Shown here: in pieces, positions 38,944 to 48,810 of the stretch
Layout: every line of letters begins with the position of its first letter
How positions within the stretch are numbered: the stretch's first letter is position 1
Source: an uncultured Gemmatimonadaceae bacterium
Lineage (GTDB): Bacteria; Gemmatimonadota; Gemmatimonadetes; Gemmatimonadales; Gemmatimonadaceae
NCBI GenBank assembly: GCA_963781585.1
Contig: CAWAGQ010000008.1
Coordinates: forward strand, 1-64,000
Direction of reading: 5' to 3'
DNA length: 64,000 nucleotides
Translations under genes and position numbers: made by a program
The notes under the pieces: model-generated
What the model saw: only the letters and a program-made list of their open reading frames with translations
Told to the model about the DNA's origin: nothing
The model's database searches: none

Positions 38944-40503
38944 ATGCCACATCACCGAGTGCCCTGGGCCGGCGTCCTGGCGACCCTGGTCCTGGCCGCA
39001 TGCCGGCATGGCGACAAACACACTCCGACCGGGCCGACGGGATCGATCGAGCTGTCCCTGTCCGCGTCCAGTGTGATTGTCGCGCGCGGATCGAGCGCCG
39101 CGGTCACGGCCACAGTCCGACGGCTTCTCGGGTACGCAGGGAATGTGGCGCTCACGTTCGAAGGCCTGCCCGTGGGTGTGACCGCCGCCGCCGACCCATC
39201 GCCGCTGGCGTCATCGGCCACGCAGTCTCAGCTCACGCTCGTGGTGGCATCGACCGTCGCCCTGACCGACTACGCCGTGACGATTCGCGCGCACGGCGAC
39301 GGCGTGGAGGATGTCACGCAGGATCTTCATTTGAGCGTGATCGAGCACGAAACAGCCGTCACCTGGCAGCTTTGCAACCTGACGTCCGCCCTGTTCGCCG
39401 CGAGCCGCTCCGATGGCGAGCCCTGGATCGAGCGGCCGGTCTCGAACCACACTCTGTCCTTCTCGATACGCGGTCGCGGTCGACTGGTGCTGGTGCTCCA
39501 TCTCGATCCGGCCACCACGAACACAACAGAGTACTTCGGCACGGCCGATGACTTCGCTTCGCTGGGGACCGACAAGTGCATCGGCCTCGACGCCCTGCGC
39601 ACCCTGACCGGCACGGTCAGCGGCACCATCGCCAGCGACACCACGCACCTGTCCTTCGGCGCCAGTTCCGTCAACGCGAGCGGCGACGGCCCGTTCTCGC
39701 TTCCGTTCGCGGCCTTCGGCACGCGCGATTACATCGGGACGATCTTCAAGCAGGACCCGGTGACCAGCGTCGGCATGCCCATCAGGTACTGGTATGCGCG
39801 CAATATCGATCCCGGTTCGGGCGGCGTGCTTCCGCCGGTCGATTTCAATGCTGCTGGAATCACGCCCGGGAGCCACACGCTCCACATCACGGATCCCGGC
39901 ACGGACTTCGTTGTGCTCAGCTATGGATACCTCTCCGGAACCGAGCCGACGTGGTACTACATCGATCGCGCTCCGCCCGGCGCCGTGAATCCCTGGTGGC
40001 CCATTCCCCGGCAGGCCGCTGGCGATCTGACGCTGGTGCAGATCTACACGACATCTGCGGCCGCGCCGCTTACCTACCGATTCGATACGGAGATGATGGC
40101 GACGCCGTCCGATGCCACGGTGACAATCGGTCCGCCGATCGGCGATGTCGCCGTGACGGCAAACGCGGCGTCGGGCCATGTCCGGCCGCGTGTGCAGTAT
40201 ACGATCGTCCCGGCGTACGACCAGCAATTCTTCCTGTCGGTCAGCCAGACGACCGGCCCCGCACTGCGCTTCGTTACGGTCTCGGTTGCAGCCGACTATC
40301 TGGATGGAGCCACGACGCTCGATGCCGCCTTCGACGACCTGTCGTCAGTTGCGGGATGGACCGATGACTACGCGCTCACGCCCGGCACGGTATCGTGGAC
40401 ATTCCAGGCCTCGGGCGGGACGGCTTTCAGCGGGCTGCGCATGCGGTACGGGCCCGGGCTGACGTATCGGGGCGCCCGCCGGGACGGCATGACCGTCTTC
40501 TGA
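38944..40503 (+). CDS. Hypothetical lipoprotein with Ig-like beta domains
   Basis: SD AAGGAG; lipobox LAAC; GLPVGVTA Ig-like motif; Thr/Ser-rich. Confidence 0.75.
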   Translation: MPHHRVPWAGVLATLVLAACRHGDKHTPTGPTGSIELSLSASSVIVARGSSAAVTATVRRLLGYAGNVALTFEGLPVGVTAAADPSPLASSATQSQLTLVVASTVALTDYAVTIRAHGDGVEDVTQDLHLSVIEHETAVTWQLCNLTSALFAASRSDGEPWIERPVSNHTLSFSIRGRGRLVLVLHLDPATTNTTEYFGTADDFASLGTDKCIGLDALRTLTGTVSGTIASDTTHLSFGASSVNASGDGPFSLPFAAFGTRDYIGTIFKQDPVTSVGMPIRYWYARNIDPGSGGVLPPVDFNAAGITPGSHTLHITDPGTDFVVLSYGYLSGTEPTWYYIDRAPPGAVNPWWPIPRQAAGDLTLVQIYTTSAAAPLTYRFDTEMMATPSDATVTIGPPIGDVAVTANAASGHVRPRVQYTIVPAYDQQFFLSVSQTTGPALRFVTVSVAADYLDGATTLDAAFDDLSSVAGWTDDYALTPGTVSWTFQASGGTAFSGLRMRYGPGLTYRGARRDGMTVF

Positions 40504-40511
40504 TCCAGGCT

Positions 40512-41813
40512 TCAGCGCTTTCCCCACGCCCAGTACACCGGTACCCCGATCAACACCACTCCCAACCCCATCGCGCTGTCCTTCGGATTCGACAGCAATG
40601 CGTTCACCACCACCGCGAACGACACGATCACGAAGAGCAGGGGCGTCATGGGATAACCCCAGATGCGGTAGCCGCGCGTGACACCCGCGCGCCGGCGCAG
40701 CACCATCAGCCCGATCGCCATCAACCCGAAGAAGATCCATTCGGTGTAGACCACCCGCGTGAACAACGCCCGGAACGTGCCGGTCGCCACCAGCAGCGAG
40801 GACCAGATCGCCTGCACCACGATCGCCCGGTGCGGCGTGCGGAAGGTGGGATGCACCTGGCCGAACCACCGGAACAGCAGTCCGTCCTGCGCCATGGCGT
40901 AGTAGACGCGCGGCCCGGCCAGGATGATCCCGGTCAGGGCGCCTAACGTGGAGATGAGCACGACCACCGACGCGATCCGGCCGCCGCCCGAGCCCAGCAG
41001 CGTATCGGCGAGGTCGGCGGCCACGCGCGTCGACGCGGCGACCCGGTCGAGGGGCATGACGTAGAGGTAGACGGCGTTCATCGCCATGTACGCGGCCGTT
41101 ACCACCAGCGTCCCGATCATCAGCGCGCGCGGAATGGTCTTTGCCGGCTCCACCGTCTCCTCGGCGCTGTAGGTCACCATGTGCCAGCCGCCGTAGGCGA
41201 ACAATCCGGCCACCATCGCCCGGAGGAATCCGCCGACCGATGCCCCGGTCGCCGCGCTCGCGCCCACGAAGTGCTCCGGCACGCGGCTGCCCAGGGCGAC
41301 GCCCACGATCACGATCAACGCCACGGCCGCGAGCTTGACCGCGGTAAAGGCAGTCTGCACCTGGCTCCCCTGCTTCACGCCCAGGTAGTTGACCGCCGAC
41401 AGCCCAACGATCATGCCGATGCCCACCACCCGACCCCCGACCGTGCCCAGGGGGATGAAATAGCCCACATACCGCGCAAACACCGTCGCGATCGCGGCGA
41501 TGATCCCCGAGTGCATCGTGAGGAACATCGCCCATCCCCAGAGGAACCCGAGCGACGGATGAAGCGACTCCGAGAGATAGACGTACACTCCACCGGTGCG
41601 CGTGAACGTCGACGCCAGCTCCGCACAGACGAGTGACCCGATCAGCGTCAGCGCGCCCGACGCCAGCCAGGCCAGCAGGACCCACGGCACCGAGTGCACC
41701 TGGGTGGTGACTTCGGACGGCTGCACGAAGATCGACGCCCCGATGATCGTCCCCACCACCATCGCGGTGGCATGGGGGAGGCGGATGGCGCGATGGAGTT
41801 CGCTGGCCCTCAC
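40512..41813 (-). CDS. APC family amino acid permease
   Basis: GTIIGASIF, AELAS..GGVYVY, FAYGGW, about 12 TM helices. Confidence 0.92.
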   Translation of the reverse strand: MRASELHRAIRLPHATAMVVGTIIGASIFVQPSEVTTQVHSVPWVLLAWLASGALTLIGSLVCAELASTFTRTGGVYVYLSESLHPSLGFLWGWAMFLTMHSGIIAAIATVFARYVGYFIPLGTVGGRVVGIGMIVGLSAVNYLGVKQGSQVQTAFTAVKLAAVALIVIVGVALGSRVPEHFVGASAATGASVGGFLRAMVAGLFAYGGWHMVTYSAEETVEPAKTIPRALMIGTLVVTAAYMAMNAVYLYVMPLDRVAASTRVAADLADTLLGSGGGRIASVVVLISTLGALTGIILAGPRVYYAMAQDGLLFRWFGQVHPTFRTPHRAIVVQAIWSSLLVATGTFRALFTRVVYTEWIFFGLMAIGLMVLRRRAGVTRGYRIWGYPMTPLLFVIVSFAVVVNALLSNPKDSAMGLGVVLIGVPVYWAWGKR

Positions 41814-44611
41814 TTCGCGCCGCCCAGTCGCCGCCGCACGTCGGCAAACCAGTTCAGCACGATGGCCGGTTCGGGCGCCCGCGCCTCCGGGCGGACGATC
41901 ACGAAGCCGCCGCCCGGGAGTACGTCATAGTTGGTGCCCGGCCGCGCCAGCAGCGAAGACGAGTCCGCAAGCACACCCGCGCGCGACGTCACCATCGCCG
42001 ATGTAGTGCCCGAGAGCTGGGCCACGTACAGCGAATCGCCGCTTCGATAGTAGAGCGTTCGCAGCCCCGAGCCCGCCGGGCCCCAGACGGGTTCCGATCC
42101 GCCGGCGGTGGAGACCTGTACCCGCGGGCCTTCGCCGTGCAGGGGCCGCACGTACACCTCCGAGCGCCCCGACTCGTTGGACCCGTAGGCCACGAACCGC
42201 TCGTCAGGCGACACCCGGCCGCCGAAGATCCGACCCGGTGTCGCGCCCGCCTGACGCGGCGTGCCCGCGCCGTTGGCATTCACCACTACCACGTGCGCCG
42301 AGTCGCTGCCGTTCGGCCGAACTGGCGGACCGCCTCCCGGCGCCGTCGTCTCCTGCGTCGAAGGGGTCACCAGTGCCACCGCGACCTCGCTCCCGCTGCT
42401 CCACCACGGGGACATCCCCGGCACCGGAAACGCGCGCGCGACGCCTACCGAAAGAGGATCGGGAGGTTGGCCGCCGTCGGCGGGCATGATGTAGAGCGCC
42501 GAGCGTCCCTCGCGCTGCGAGGTGAACGCGATCCGCCGGCTGTCCGGCGACCAGGCCGGCGGTCCCTCGTCGCCCTCGCGCGTGAGTTGCGTGAGGGTGT
42601 GCGACGTTCGGTCGACGATCCAGATGTGCGCATCCCGGCGGTTGCGCGGATCTGGAATGAGGACGGCGATTCTGCGGCCGTCGGGCGAGACGCGCGGTGA
42701 AAAGAAGGTTGCGCGGTCGGATACCAGAGGCCGCGCGGTCCCGTCCCGGTCCACCTCCACCAGCACGCTCTCGTCGCTGCGCTCGCCCGGGAGGTACGCG
42801 AGCGTCCCGTTGTTCGACCACGCCAGGTGTGGCGACCCATCGATCGTGAGTCCGATCTTGTCGAGCAGCGGCGCCGCCGGTCCGGTGACCGACAGGGAGC
42901 TCAGACTGAAGGGTGCGCCGAAAACCGCGCCGTCGGCGCGCACGTACATCAGATGGCCGGTGGGCAGATACCAGGCCGCGACCGCGTCGACCCCGAGGTC
43001 CTTCGGCGGTGCCCCCTTCCCGCCGATCACGAACAGGCGGCACTGTTCGGTGCCCTGTCCGGTACATCGCCGGAACAGCACGCCGCTGCCGTCAGGCAGG
43101 GGCGTGGCCAGCGAGGGTCCGCGCGCGGGGCCGGCCGAGTCGCGGGTGGCCAGCGTGTCGGGTGGGCCGCCCGACGCCGGCACTCGTCGCAGTTGCTGGC
43201 CGCTGGCGTAGATGATGTAGCCGTCATCGCTCCAGGCGGCGCCGGGCTGGGCGCCGCTCACCACCTCGATCGGCGCTCCGCCCGAGAGGGGGACGCGCAT
43301 GATGCGCCCGCCGCCGAATCCGCGCCCTCCCACGTGGAAGCCGATCCAGTTCCCGTCCGGCGAGAAGAACGGCGACGACCCGCTATCAGTTCCGGCGATC
43401 GGCGTCGGCAGGGTATCGTCGAGCGCCCGCACGTAGAGCTGGGTGAGGCCGCGGGTGGTGCGCGACGGGCCGACATACACCAGCCGCATCCCGTCCGGCG
43501 ACAGCGCGAGCACGCTGGTCCGCGCACGTTCGAGCCGGAGCTCGGCGTCCGGCGGCGGGACGAACGACAGCCGGATGACCTCGCCGGCGTTGGCAGCGGG
43601 GCGGAGCCAACCCCAGACGGCGGCCGCCGACACCAGGAGCAGCGCCGAGCCTAACGAGGCGATCCAGACGCGCGCCCCGCGGACCGGGACACCGGGGCCC
43701 CGGTAGCCGGGGCGATACGCGGTCGTCTGCGGCGAGTCGAGCGCGGCCGCGAACTCCGCCGCGGTGGCCCACCGGTCGGCCGGCAGCTTCTCCAGCGCCT
43801 TGAGGACGGCGAACTCCACCGGCGGGGGGATCGTGCGCCGCTGCACCGACAGCGAGCGCGGTTCCTCCGACATCAAGCGGGTCACGATCGCCTGCATCGT
43901 GGGTCCGGTGAACGGCGGCTCACCCACCAGCATCTCGTAGGTCACGGCGCCGAGCGCGTAGATGTCGGCCCGCGCATCGATCACCCGCTCGCCGGTGGCC
44001 TGCTCGGGGGCCATGTACTGTGGCGTGCCCAGCGACATCCCGGTCCGCGTGAGGCGGTTGCTGGCCGCCGACCGCACCGCGAGCGCGATCCCGAAGTCGG
44101 CGACCAACGCCTGGCCTTCGTGGAGCAACACGTTCTCCGGCTTGATGTCGCGGTGGATGACACCCTGCCGGTGGGCGTACTCCAGCGCGCCGGCGATCTC
44201 CTTCGCGATCCGGATCGCGTCATCGAGCGGGAGCTGCTGTTCGCGGTTGAGCCGGTGGCGGAGCGATTCTCCGGCGATGTAGGGCATCACGTAGAACGGG
44301 GTCCCGCCGGCCGCCGGAGCCTGGCCTGACCTGGCCGCCTCGGCGCTCGCTTCCTGGCCCAGCAGCCCCGAGTCGAGCAGGGGCAGGATATTCGGGTGCT
44401 GCAGTCGGGCGGTGGTCCGGATCTCGGCCAGGAATCGCTCGGCGCCTAACGAGGCGGCCAGGTCGGCGTGGAGCACCTTGACGGCGACGTCGCGGTCGTG
44501 GCGCAGGTCGCGCGCCAGGTACACCGTGGCCATGCCCCCCGACCCGAGCTCGCGCTCGAGACGATATCGGCCCGCCAGGGGTTCGGAGCGTGGAAGAAGG
44601 GAATCGGGCAA
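41810..44611 (-). CDS. Ser/Thr protein kinase with TM helix and TolB-like (PD40) propeller
   Basis: [36 protein letters not shown] repeats. Confidence 0.93.
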   Translation of the reverse strand: MPDSLLPRSEPLAGRYRLERELGSGGMATVYLARDLRHDRDVAVKVLHADLAASLGAERFLAEIRTTARLQHPNILPLLDSGLLGQEASAEAARSGQAPAAGGTPFYVMPYIAGESLRHRLNREQQLPLDDAIRIAKEIAGALEYAHRQGVIHRDIKPENVLLHEGQALVADFGIALAVRSAASNRLTRTGMSLGTPQYMAPEQATGERVIDARADIYALGAVTYEMLVGEPPFTGPTMQAIVTRLMSEEPRSLSVQRRTIPPPVEFAVLKALEKLPADRWATAAEFAAALDSPQTTAYRPGYRGPGVPVRGARVWIASLGSALLLVSAAAVWGWLRPAANAGEVIRLSFVPPPDAELRLERARTSVLALSPDGMRLVYVGPSRTTRGLTQLYVRALDDTLPTPIAGTDSGSSPFFSPDGNWIGFHVGGRGFGGGRIMRVPLSGGAPIEVVSGAQPGAAWSDDGYIIYASGQQLRRVPASGGPPDTLATRDSAGPARGPSLATPLPDGSGVLFRRCTGQGTEQCRLFVIGGKGAPPKDLGVDAVAAWYLPTGHLMYVRADGAVFGAPFSLSSLSVTGPAAPLLDKIGLTIDGSPHLAWSNNGTLAYLPGERSDESVLVEVDRDGTARPLVSDRATFFSPRVSPDGRRIAVLIPDPRNRRDAHIWIVDRTSHTLTQLTREGDEGPPAWSPDSRRIAFTSQREGRSALYIMPADGGQPPDPLSVGVARAFPVPGMSPWWSSGSEVAVALVTPSTQETTAPGGGPPVRPNGSDSAHVVVVNANGAGTPRQAGATPGRIFGGRVSPDERFVAYGSNESGRSEVYVRPLHGEGPRVQVSTAGGSEPVWGPAGSGLRTLYYRSGDSLYVAQLSGTTSAMVTSRAGVLADSSSLLARPGTNYDVLPGGGFVIVRPEARAPEPAIVLNWFADVRRRLGGAK

Positions 44612-44906
44612 GGACGGCGGTCTTCAGTGATCAATCATCAGCTGTCAGCTCAGCTATCCGCGGGCATCGGTCAGCCGAGGCGCCCCGGCTTCCGGTCGCG
44701 CTCGGTGCCTAGAATACCGCCCGGCCGTGGCAGGGGCTACCGGGGATGGACCGAATCCGGCGGCGCTCACGGTCACCGTGCTGGTGGTCCTCGCGGCGGC
44801 AAGCGCTCACCCCGAGAGCCGGCCTATGGCCGGCCCCCGGGGTGAGCGAGCTTCAGCGGTCGCGTGTTGTACGCGGCTCTCTAAGAACCGCGGCCCGCTC
44901 GGCGAG

Positions 44907-45389
44907 CTAGGACCCGCCGAGGGTGAAGTTCAGACCGCCGGTAATCTGGAACGAGGTGTTGTTGTTCAGCAGCGCTCGTCCTTCAATGAATGGATGTACC
45001 CACGGCGAGCGCGACTCGATGCCGAGCAGGAAGTCCGCGCCGGTGTCATTGCGACTGACGTCGGCCACGCTGCGGTGCAGCACGCCCAGCCCGCCGCCCA
45101 CGTAGAGACTCGGGCCGGTCGGCTCGGGAAAGCGGACCTTCATGTCGAAGTTGAAGGCGGTACGTGCGCCGCGATCGGGGAAATAGACGTCGATCGAAGG
45201 ATAGAATTCCAGACGTGGCACGAGCGGCAGAGTGGCCTGGAACGCCAACAGCGCGTCCCGGGACCCGGTGTTGTATCCCGCACCCACGCCGATGCGGGCA
45301 CGCTGAGCCGCTGCCGGCACGGTGGAAACTCCGAGCATAACGAGTGCGGCCGCCAACACGCCGGTGGGAATGGATGAGTTGCGACGCAA
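44907..45389 (-). CDS. Small outer-membrane beta-barrel protein
   Basis: Signal peptide; alternating beta strands; YVGGGLG; C-terminal GLNF. Confidence 0.72.
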   Translation of the reverse strand: MRRNSSIPTGVLAAALVMLGVSTVPAAAQRARIGVGAGYNTGSRDALLAFQATLPLVPRLEFYPSIDVYFPDRGARTAFNFDMKVRFPEPTGPSLYVGGGLGVLHRSVADVSRNDTGADFLLGIESRSPWVHPFIEGRALLNNNTSFQITGGLNFTLGGS

Positions 45390-45515
45390 GTGGCCTCCGG
45401 GTTAACGGGGACTCGGGCGGTGTGCCCGTTGTCTGCGCGCTACCCGGCCCGGCGGCGGCGGTTCGGTTCAGGCCGCATCGGGCTGGCCGCCTCTGGCGGA
45501 GGTGCGATAGCCGGC

Positions 45516-45752
45516 TCAGCGCTTGACGGCGAGTCCTCGGGTTCGCGTTGCGTTGTTCACGAGGCTCCAGCGAAGCCAGGCGCTCACGAGCGGCTCCGGG
45601 CCCTCCAGCATCACGTAGCCCGTGCGGCATCGCTTCTTTTCGGCCGTTTCCTGTTTGAAGAATTCGGCGTGCAGCTGCGACTCGGCCCTGATGAGCTGCT
45701 CATTGGCGAGCGTGTCGATCCAGCGTGCGTTGACGCGATCGGGTATCTTCAC
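45516..45752 (-). CDS. Small hypothetical protein downstream of infA
   Basis: SD GAGGAGG overlapping the infA stop; GTG start; 78 aa. Confidence 0.65.
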   Translation of the reverse strand: MKIPDRVNARWIDTLANEQLIRAESQLHAEFFKQETAEKKRCRTGYVMLEGPEPLVSAWLRWSLVNNATRTRGLAVKR

Positions 45753-45762
45753 GAACTCCTCC

Positions 45763-45981
45763 TCACACCTTGTGGCGAAACGTGATCCGGCCGCGTCCAA
45801 GATCGTAGGGCGACACGGCGACGGTGACACGGTCACCGGCGAGGATGCGAATGCGGAACTTGCGCATCTTTCCCGCGGCCGTGGCGAGCAACTTGTGCCC
45901 GTTGGCGAGATCCACCCGGAACAGCGCGCTCGGCAGGACCTCGGACACGACGCCGTCGAGTTCGATCGCGTCTTCTTTCAC
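45763..45981 (-). CDS. infA: Translation initiation factor IF-1
   Basis: [56 protein letters not shown]. Confidence 0.95.
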   Translation of the reverse strand: MKEDAIELDGVVSEVLPSALFRVDLANGHKLLATAAGKMRKFRIRILAGDRVTVAVSPYDLGRGRITFRHKV

Positions 45982-46082
45982 GCAGCCCTCCAGGCGATTC
46001 AAGTGACAGACCACCGTGCCCTCCGCGTGGCCCGGTGCTGTGGTCATTCGTGGCGAACAGGCGAGTGTGCGGCGCGACCAAT

Positions 46083-46117
46083 AAAAGAGGGGCCTGCTCG
46101 CAAGTCGGCAGGCCCCT
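46083..46117 (-). terminator. Intrinsic terminator-like hairpin
   Basis: AGGGGCCTGC-loop-GCAGGCCCCT followed by CTTTTATT on the minus strand. Confidence 0.65.
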
Positions 46118-46264
46118 GAGATTTCGGAACTTGTCTACGCGGAGGACGCGTCAAGTCGCTATGAGGAACCTAGCGGGAACCATCGCGCCACGCAACGTGC
46201 GCGCCGCGGTCCGTTCGGGGCGCTCGCGGGTTTACATCGCCAACGCACGGGTGATCTCGTTTCG

Positions 46265-47947
46265 CTACTTCGTCGCTCTCAGCGCGCGCCCCTTCCCCTC
46301 CCCGCGCCGCTCCCCATCCCGCAGCGACACCGCACCGTTCACGACCACCGCCGCGATCCCCACCGGATACTGGAACGGCTCCTCGTACGTCGCGCGATCC
46401 TCCACCTGCGCGGGATCGAATACCACCACATCCGCCGCGAGCCCGGGCGCCAGTCGCCCCCGATCGCGAAGGTGCACACGCGACGCGGAAAACGCCGTCA
46501 TCTTATGAATCGCCTGTTTAAGCGTCAGCGCTTTCCGTTCGCGCACATAGCGGCCGAGCACGCGCGGGAAGGTGCCGAGCCCGCGCGGATGCGGGCTGCC
46601 GCGGCGCGTGGGGCCGTCCACTGCGAACGCCCCGCCGTCGCTGCACACCATCCCCTGCGGATGCGCCAGCACGCGATCGAGATTCTCCTCGCTCATGGCG
46701 AATCCCACCATCCCGATGTTGGCGCGATTACGCGCCAGCATCTCGACGGTGAGGCGGTACGGATCGGCGCCCAACGACTTCGCGTACGCGCCCAGCCGCT
46801 TCCCTTCCGCGGCCCGGTCCTCGGCGGCGCGCACACTGGTGATCATGACGTTGTCCCACCCGCCGATCAGCTCGACCTTGGCGAGCGTCTCGGTCTGGAT
46901 GCGCGGCGCAGTGGCCGCAGCGGTGAGTCGGGCGAGGAAGGCGTCGGTCCCGCCGTCGCGGCTCCAGATCGGGAAGAGATTCGTAAGCCCGGTCTGATAG
47001 GCGACGTACGGGTAGCGATCGAACGCCACGTCGATGCCGGCTTGCCGCGCCGCCGCGACGCGGGCGAAGATCGCGTCCAGCTTTCCCCAGTTGCGCGGTC
47101 CCTCGGCCTTGAGGTGCGAGATCTGGAGCGGGCAGCGCGCTCCGCGCGCCACCGCGATCGACTCATCCACCGACTCCAGTACCCGGTCGTCCTCGTTGCG
47201 CATGTGTGTGGCGTACGGCAGCCCGCGCGCGGCCAGCGGCCGGCAGAGAGCAATCAGCTCGTCGAGCGACGCGAACCCGCCCGGCGTGTACTCGAGCCCC
47301 GACGACACCCCGCATGCGCCCTGAGCCAGTCCTTCCTCCACCATCGCCGTCATCCGGGCGATCTCTCCGGGCGTTGCCGGCCGATCGGCATTGCCGATCA
47401 CGATCCCGCGCAGCGTCCCCGCGCCGATCATCGACGCCACGTTCACCGACGGGTGGAGGGTAGCGATCGATGTGAAGAGCATGTCGAACGAAGCCGGGGC
47501 TCCCGCCCCGCCGCCCTGCGCCGCGCGCCCTCCGCCGCTCTCCATCCCGGACGCGGACGCCGAAGGCGCCCGCGAGGAGCCGTCCTGACCCACCACGATC
47601 GTGGTCACCCCCTGCCTGACGAGCGACTCAACGCGCGGATCCTCCCACATCGAGCCGTCGCCGTGCGAGTGGATGTCGATGAATCCGGGGGCCACCGCCA
47701 GTCCCCGGGCATCGATTTCGTCGGTGCCCGTTTCGGCGACGCGCCGGGCCACGGCCGCGATGCGGTCGCCGGCAATCGCGACATCACTCTCCACGCCGGC
47801 CGCGCCGCTGCCGTCGAACACCGTGCCGTTGCGGATGACGAGGTCGTACGCCGCCCGCCGCCGCGGGAACGGGATCCGCGGCGCCACGCCTAACGCGGCG
47901 AGCGCGACGGTGCCGGAGCCGAGGAACGTGCGACGCGAGACGGTCAC
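46265..47947 (-). CDS. N-acyl-D-amino-acid deacylase (Tat-exported)
   Basis: SRRTFLG Tat motif; APGFIDIHSH; THMRNE; SHLK; HPRGLGTFPRVLG. Confidence 0.9.
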   Translation of the reverse strand: MTVSRRTFLGSGTVALAALGVAPRIPFPRRRAAYDLVIRNGTVFDGSGAAGVESDVAIAGDRIAAVARRVAETGTDEIDARGLAVAPGFIDIHSHGDGSMWEDPRVESLVRQGVTTIVVGQDGSSRAPSASASGMESGGGRAAQGGGAGAPASFDMLFTSIATLHPSVNVASMIGAGTLRGIVIGNADRPATPGEIARMTAMVEEGLAQGACGVSSGLEYTPGGFASLDELIALCRPLAARGLPYATHMRNEDDRVLESVDESIAVARGARCPLQISHLKAEGPRNWGKLDAIFARVAAARQAGIDVAFDRYPYVAYQTGLTNLFPIWSRDGGTDAFLARLTAAATAPRIQTETLAKVELIGGWDNVMITSVRAAEDRAAEGKRLGAYAKSLGADPYRLTVEMLARNRANIGMVGFAMSEENLDRVLAHPQGMVCSDGGAFAVDGPTRRGSPHPRGLGTFPRVLGRYVRERKALTLKQAIHKMTAFSASRVHLRDRGRLAPGLAADVVVFDPAQVEDRATYEEPFQYPVGIAAVVVNGAVSLRDGERRGEGKGRALRATK

Positions 47948-48069
47948 GGGTTCTCCCTGTTGCACGGGACGAAGACCACGAACTGTTCGGGTCAGCGAAC
48001 GAGGGGGCGCGATACCCGATCGATCGCCGTCAGGCGGCGTCCGATTCGTCCGGACACCCGTCGTGAAAG

Positions 48070-48483
48070 CTAATGATCCCGTGGGAGCAGCTTCGGGCGG
48101 CCCTTGAGCCGGAGGCTGCCGAAGTCCCGCACGTCGAGCGTGGCGATCGCCGTTGCCTTGAGCCGCTCGGCGGTCGCGGCGACCACTGCGTCGACGAGTC
48201 CCAGCTGGAGCGCGCCGTATTGCTCGCACAACGCGTGCGCGCGCGCCAGATCGTCCGCCTCGCCCCACTCGACGCTGTACCCGCCGTCGGCCAGATCGCC
48301 CAGGAAGGCCCGCTCGGCTGGCGCCCCAACGTGATGGAGCAGTAGATAGTCCACCTCGGGCAGGATCGCCCAGGGGAGGACCCATGCCGCCGGATCGTCA
48401 TCGAAGAGCGCGACCATCTGCTCGTGGTGGGCGTCGTCCGCATCCACGAGGGCGATGATCGCGCCCGTATCGGCGACGATCAC
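48070..48483 (-). CDS. vapC: PIN-domain toxin (VapC family)
   Basis: IVADTG, E(VDY), LGLVDA, IATLDVRDF acidic residues. Confidence 0.88.
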   Translation of the reverse strand: MIVADTGAIIALVDADDAHHEQMVALFDDDPAAWVLPWAILPEVDYLLLHHVGAPAERAFLGDLADGGYSVEWGEADDLARAHALCEQYGALQLGLVDAVVAATAERLKATAIATLDVRDFGSLRLKGRPKLLPRDH

Positions 48484-48728
48484 CCGGCGCTTCCCTTCCC
48501 CATGCCCGCGAGCAGCTCCTCCGAGCGTTCGGAAAGGTCCGAGCGGCCGCTCCGGCCCGCGCCCAGGCTGGCAGGTCGCGCGGGAACCGAGTGCCGGCGT
48601 GCGTATTCGGCCACCGCCTCGCGAACGAGCGCGGCGGTAGTCCGTCCCTGTGCACGGGCGAGCGCCTTGAGCGTGCGGTAGTCCACGGGGTTCAAATAGA
48701 TGGTGGTCTTGGTCTTGTCGTCTGACAT
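48480..48728 (-). CDS. CopG/RHH antitoxin (VapB-like)
   Basis: KTTIYL..LKALARAQGRTTAALVREAVAEY; GTGA overlap with vapC. Confidence 0.85.
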   Translation of the reverse strand: MSDDKTKTTIYLNPVDYRTLKALARAQGRTTAALVREAVAEYARRHSVPARPASLGAGRSGRSDLSERSEELLAGMGKGSAG

Positions 48729-48763
48729 GTGGTAACCATATCTGGTTGCCATATGTGGGTCAA
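48729..48763 (-). promoter_or_regulatory. Leaderless vapBC promoter with palindromic operators
   Basis: TTGACC-17 bp-TATGGT-6 nt-ATG; TGGTAACCA and TGGTTGCCA boxes. Confidence 0.65.
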
Positions 48764-48810
48764 GGGGCGGTACTGGCCGACTGCTACCCCTCATGGATGC
48801 AATGACGGCG

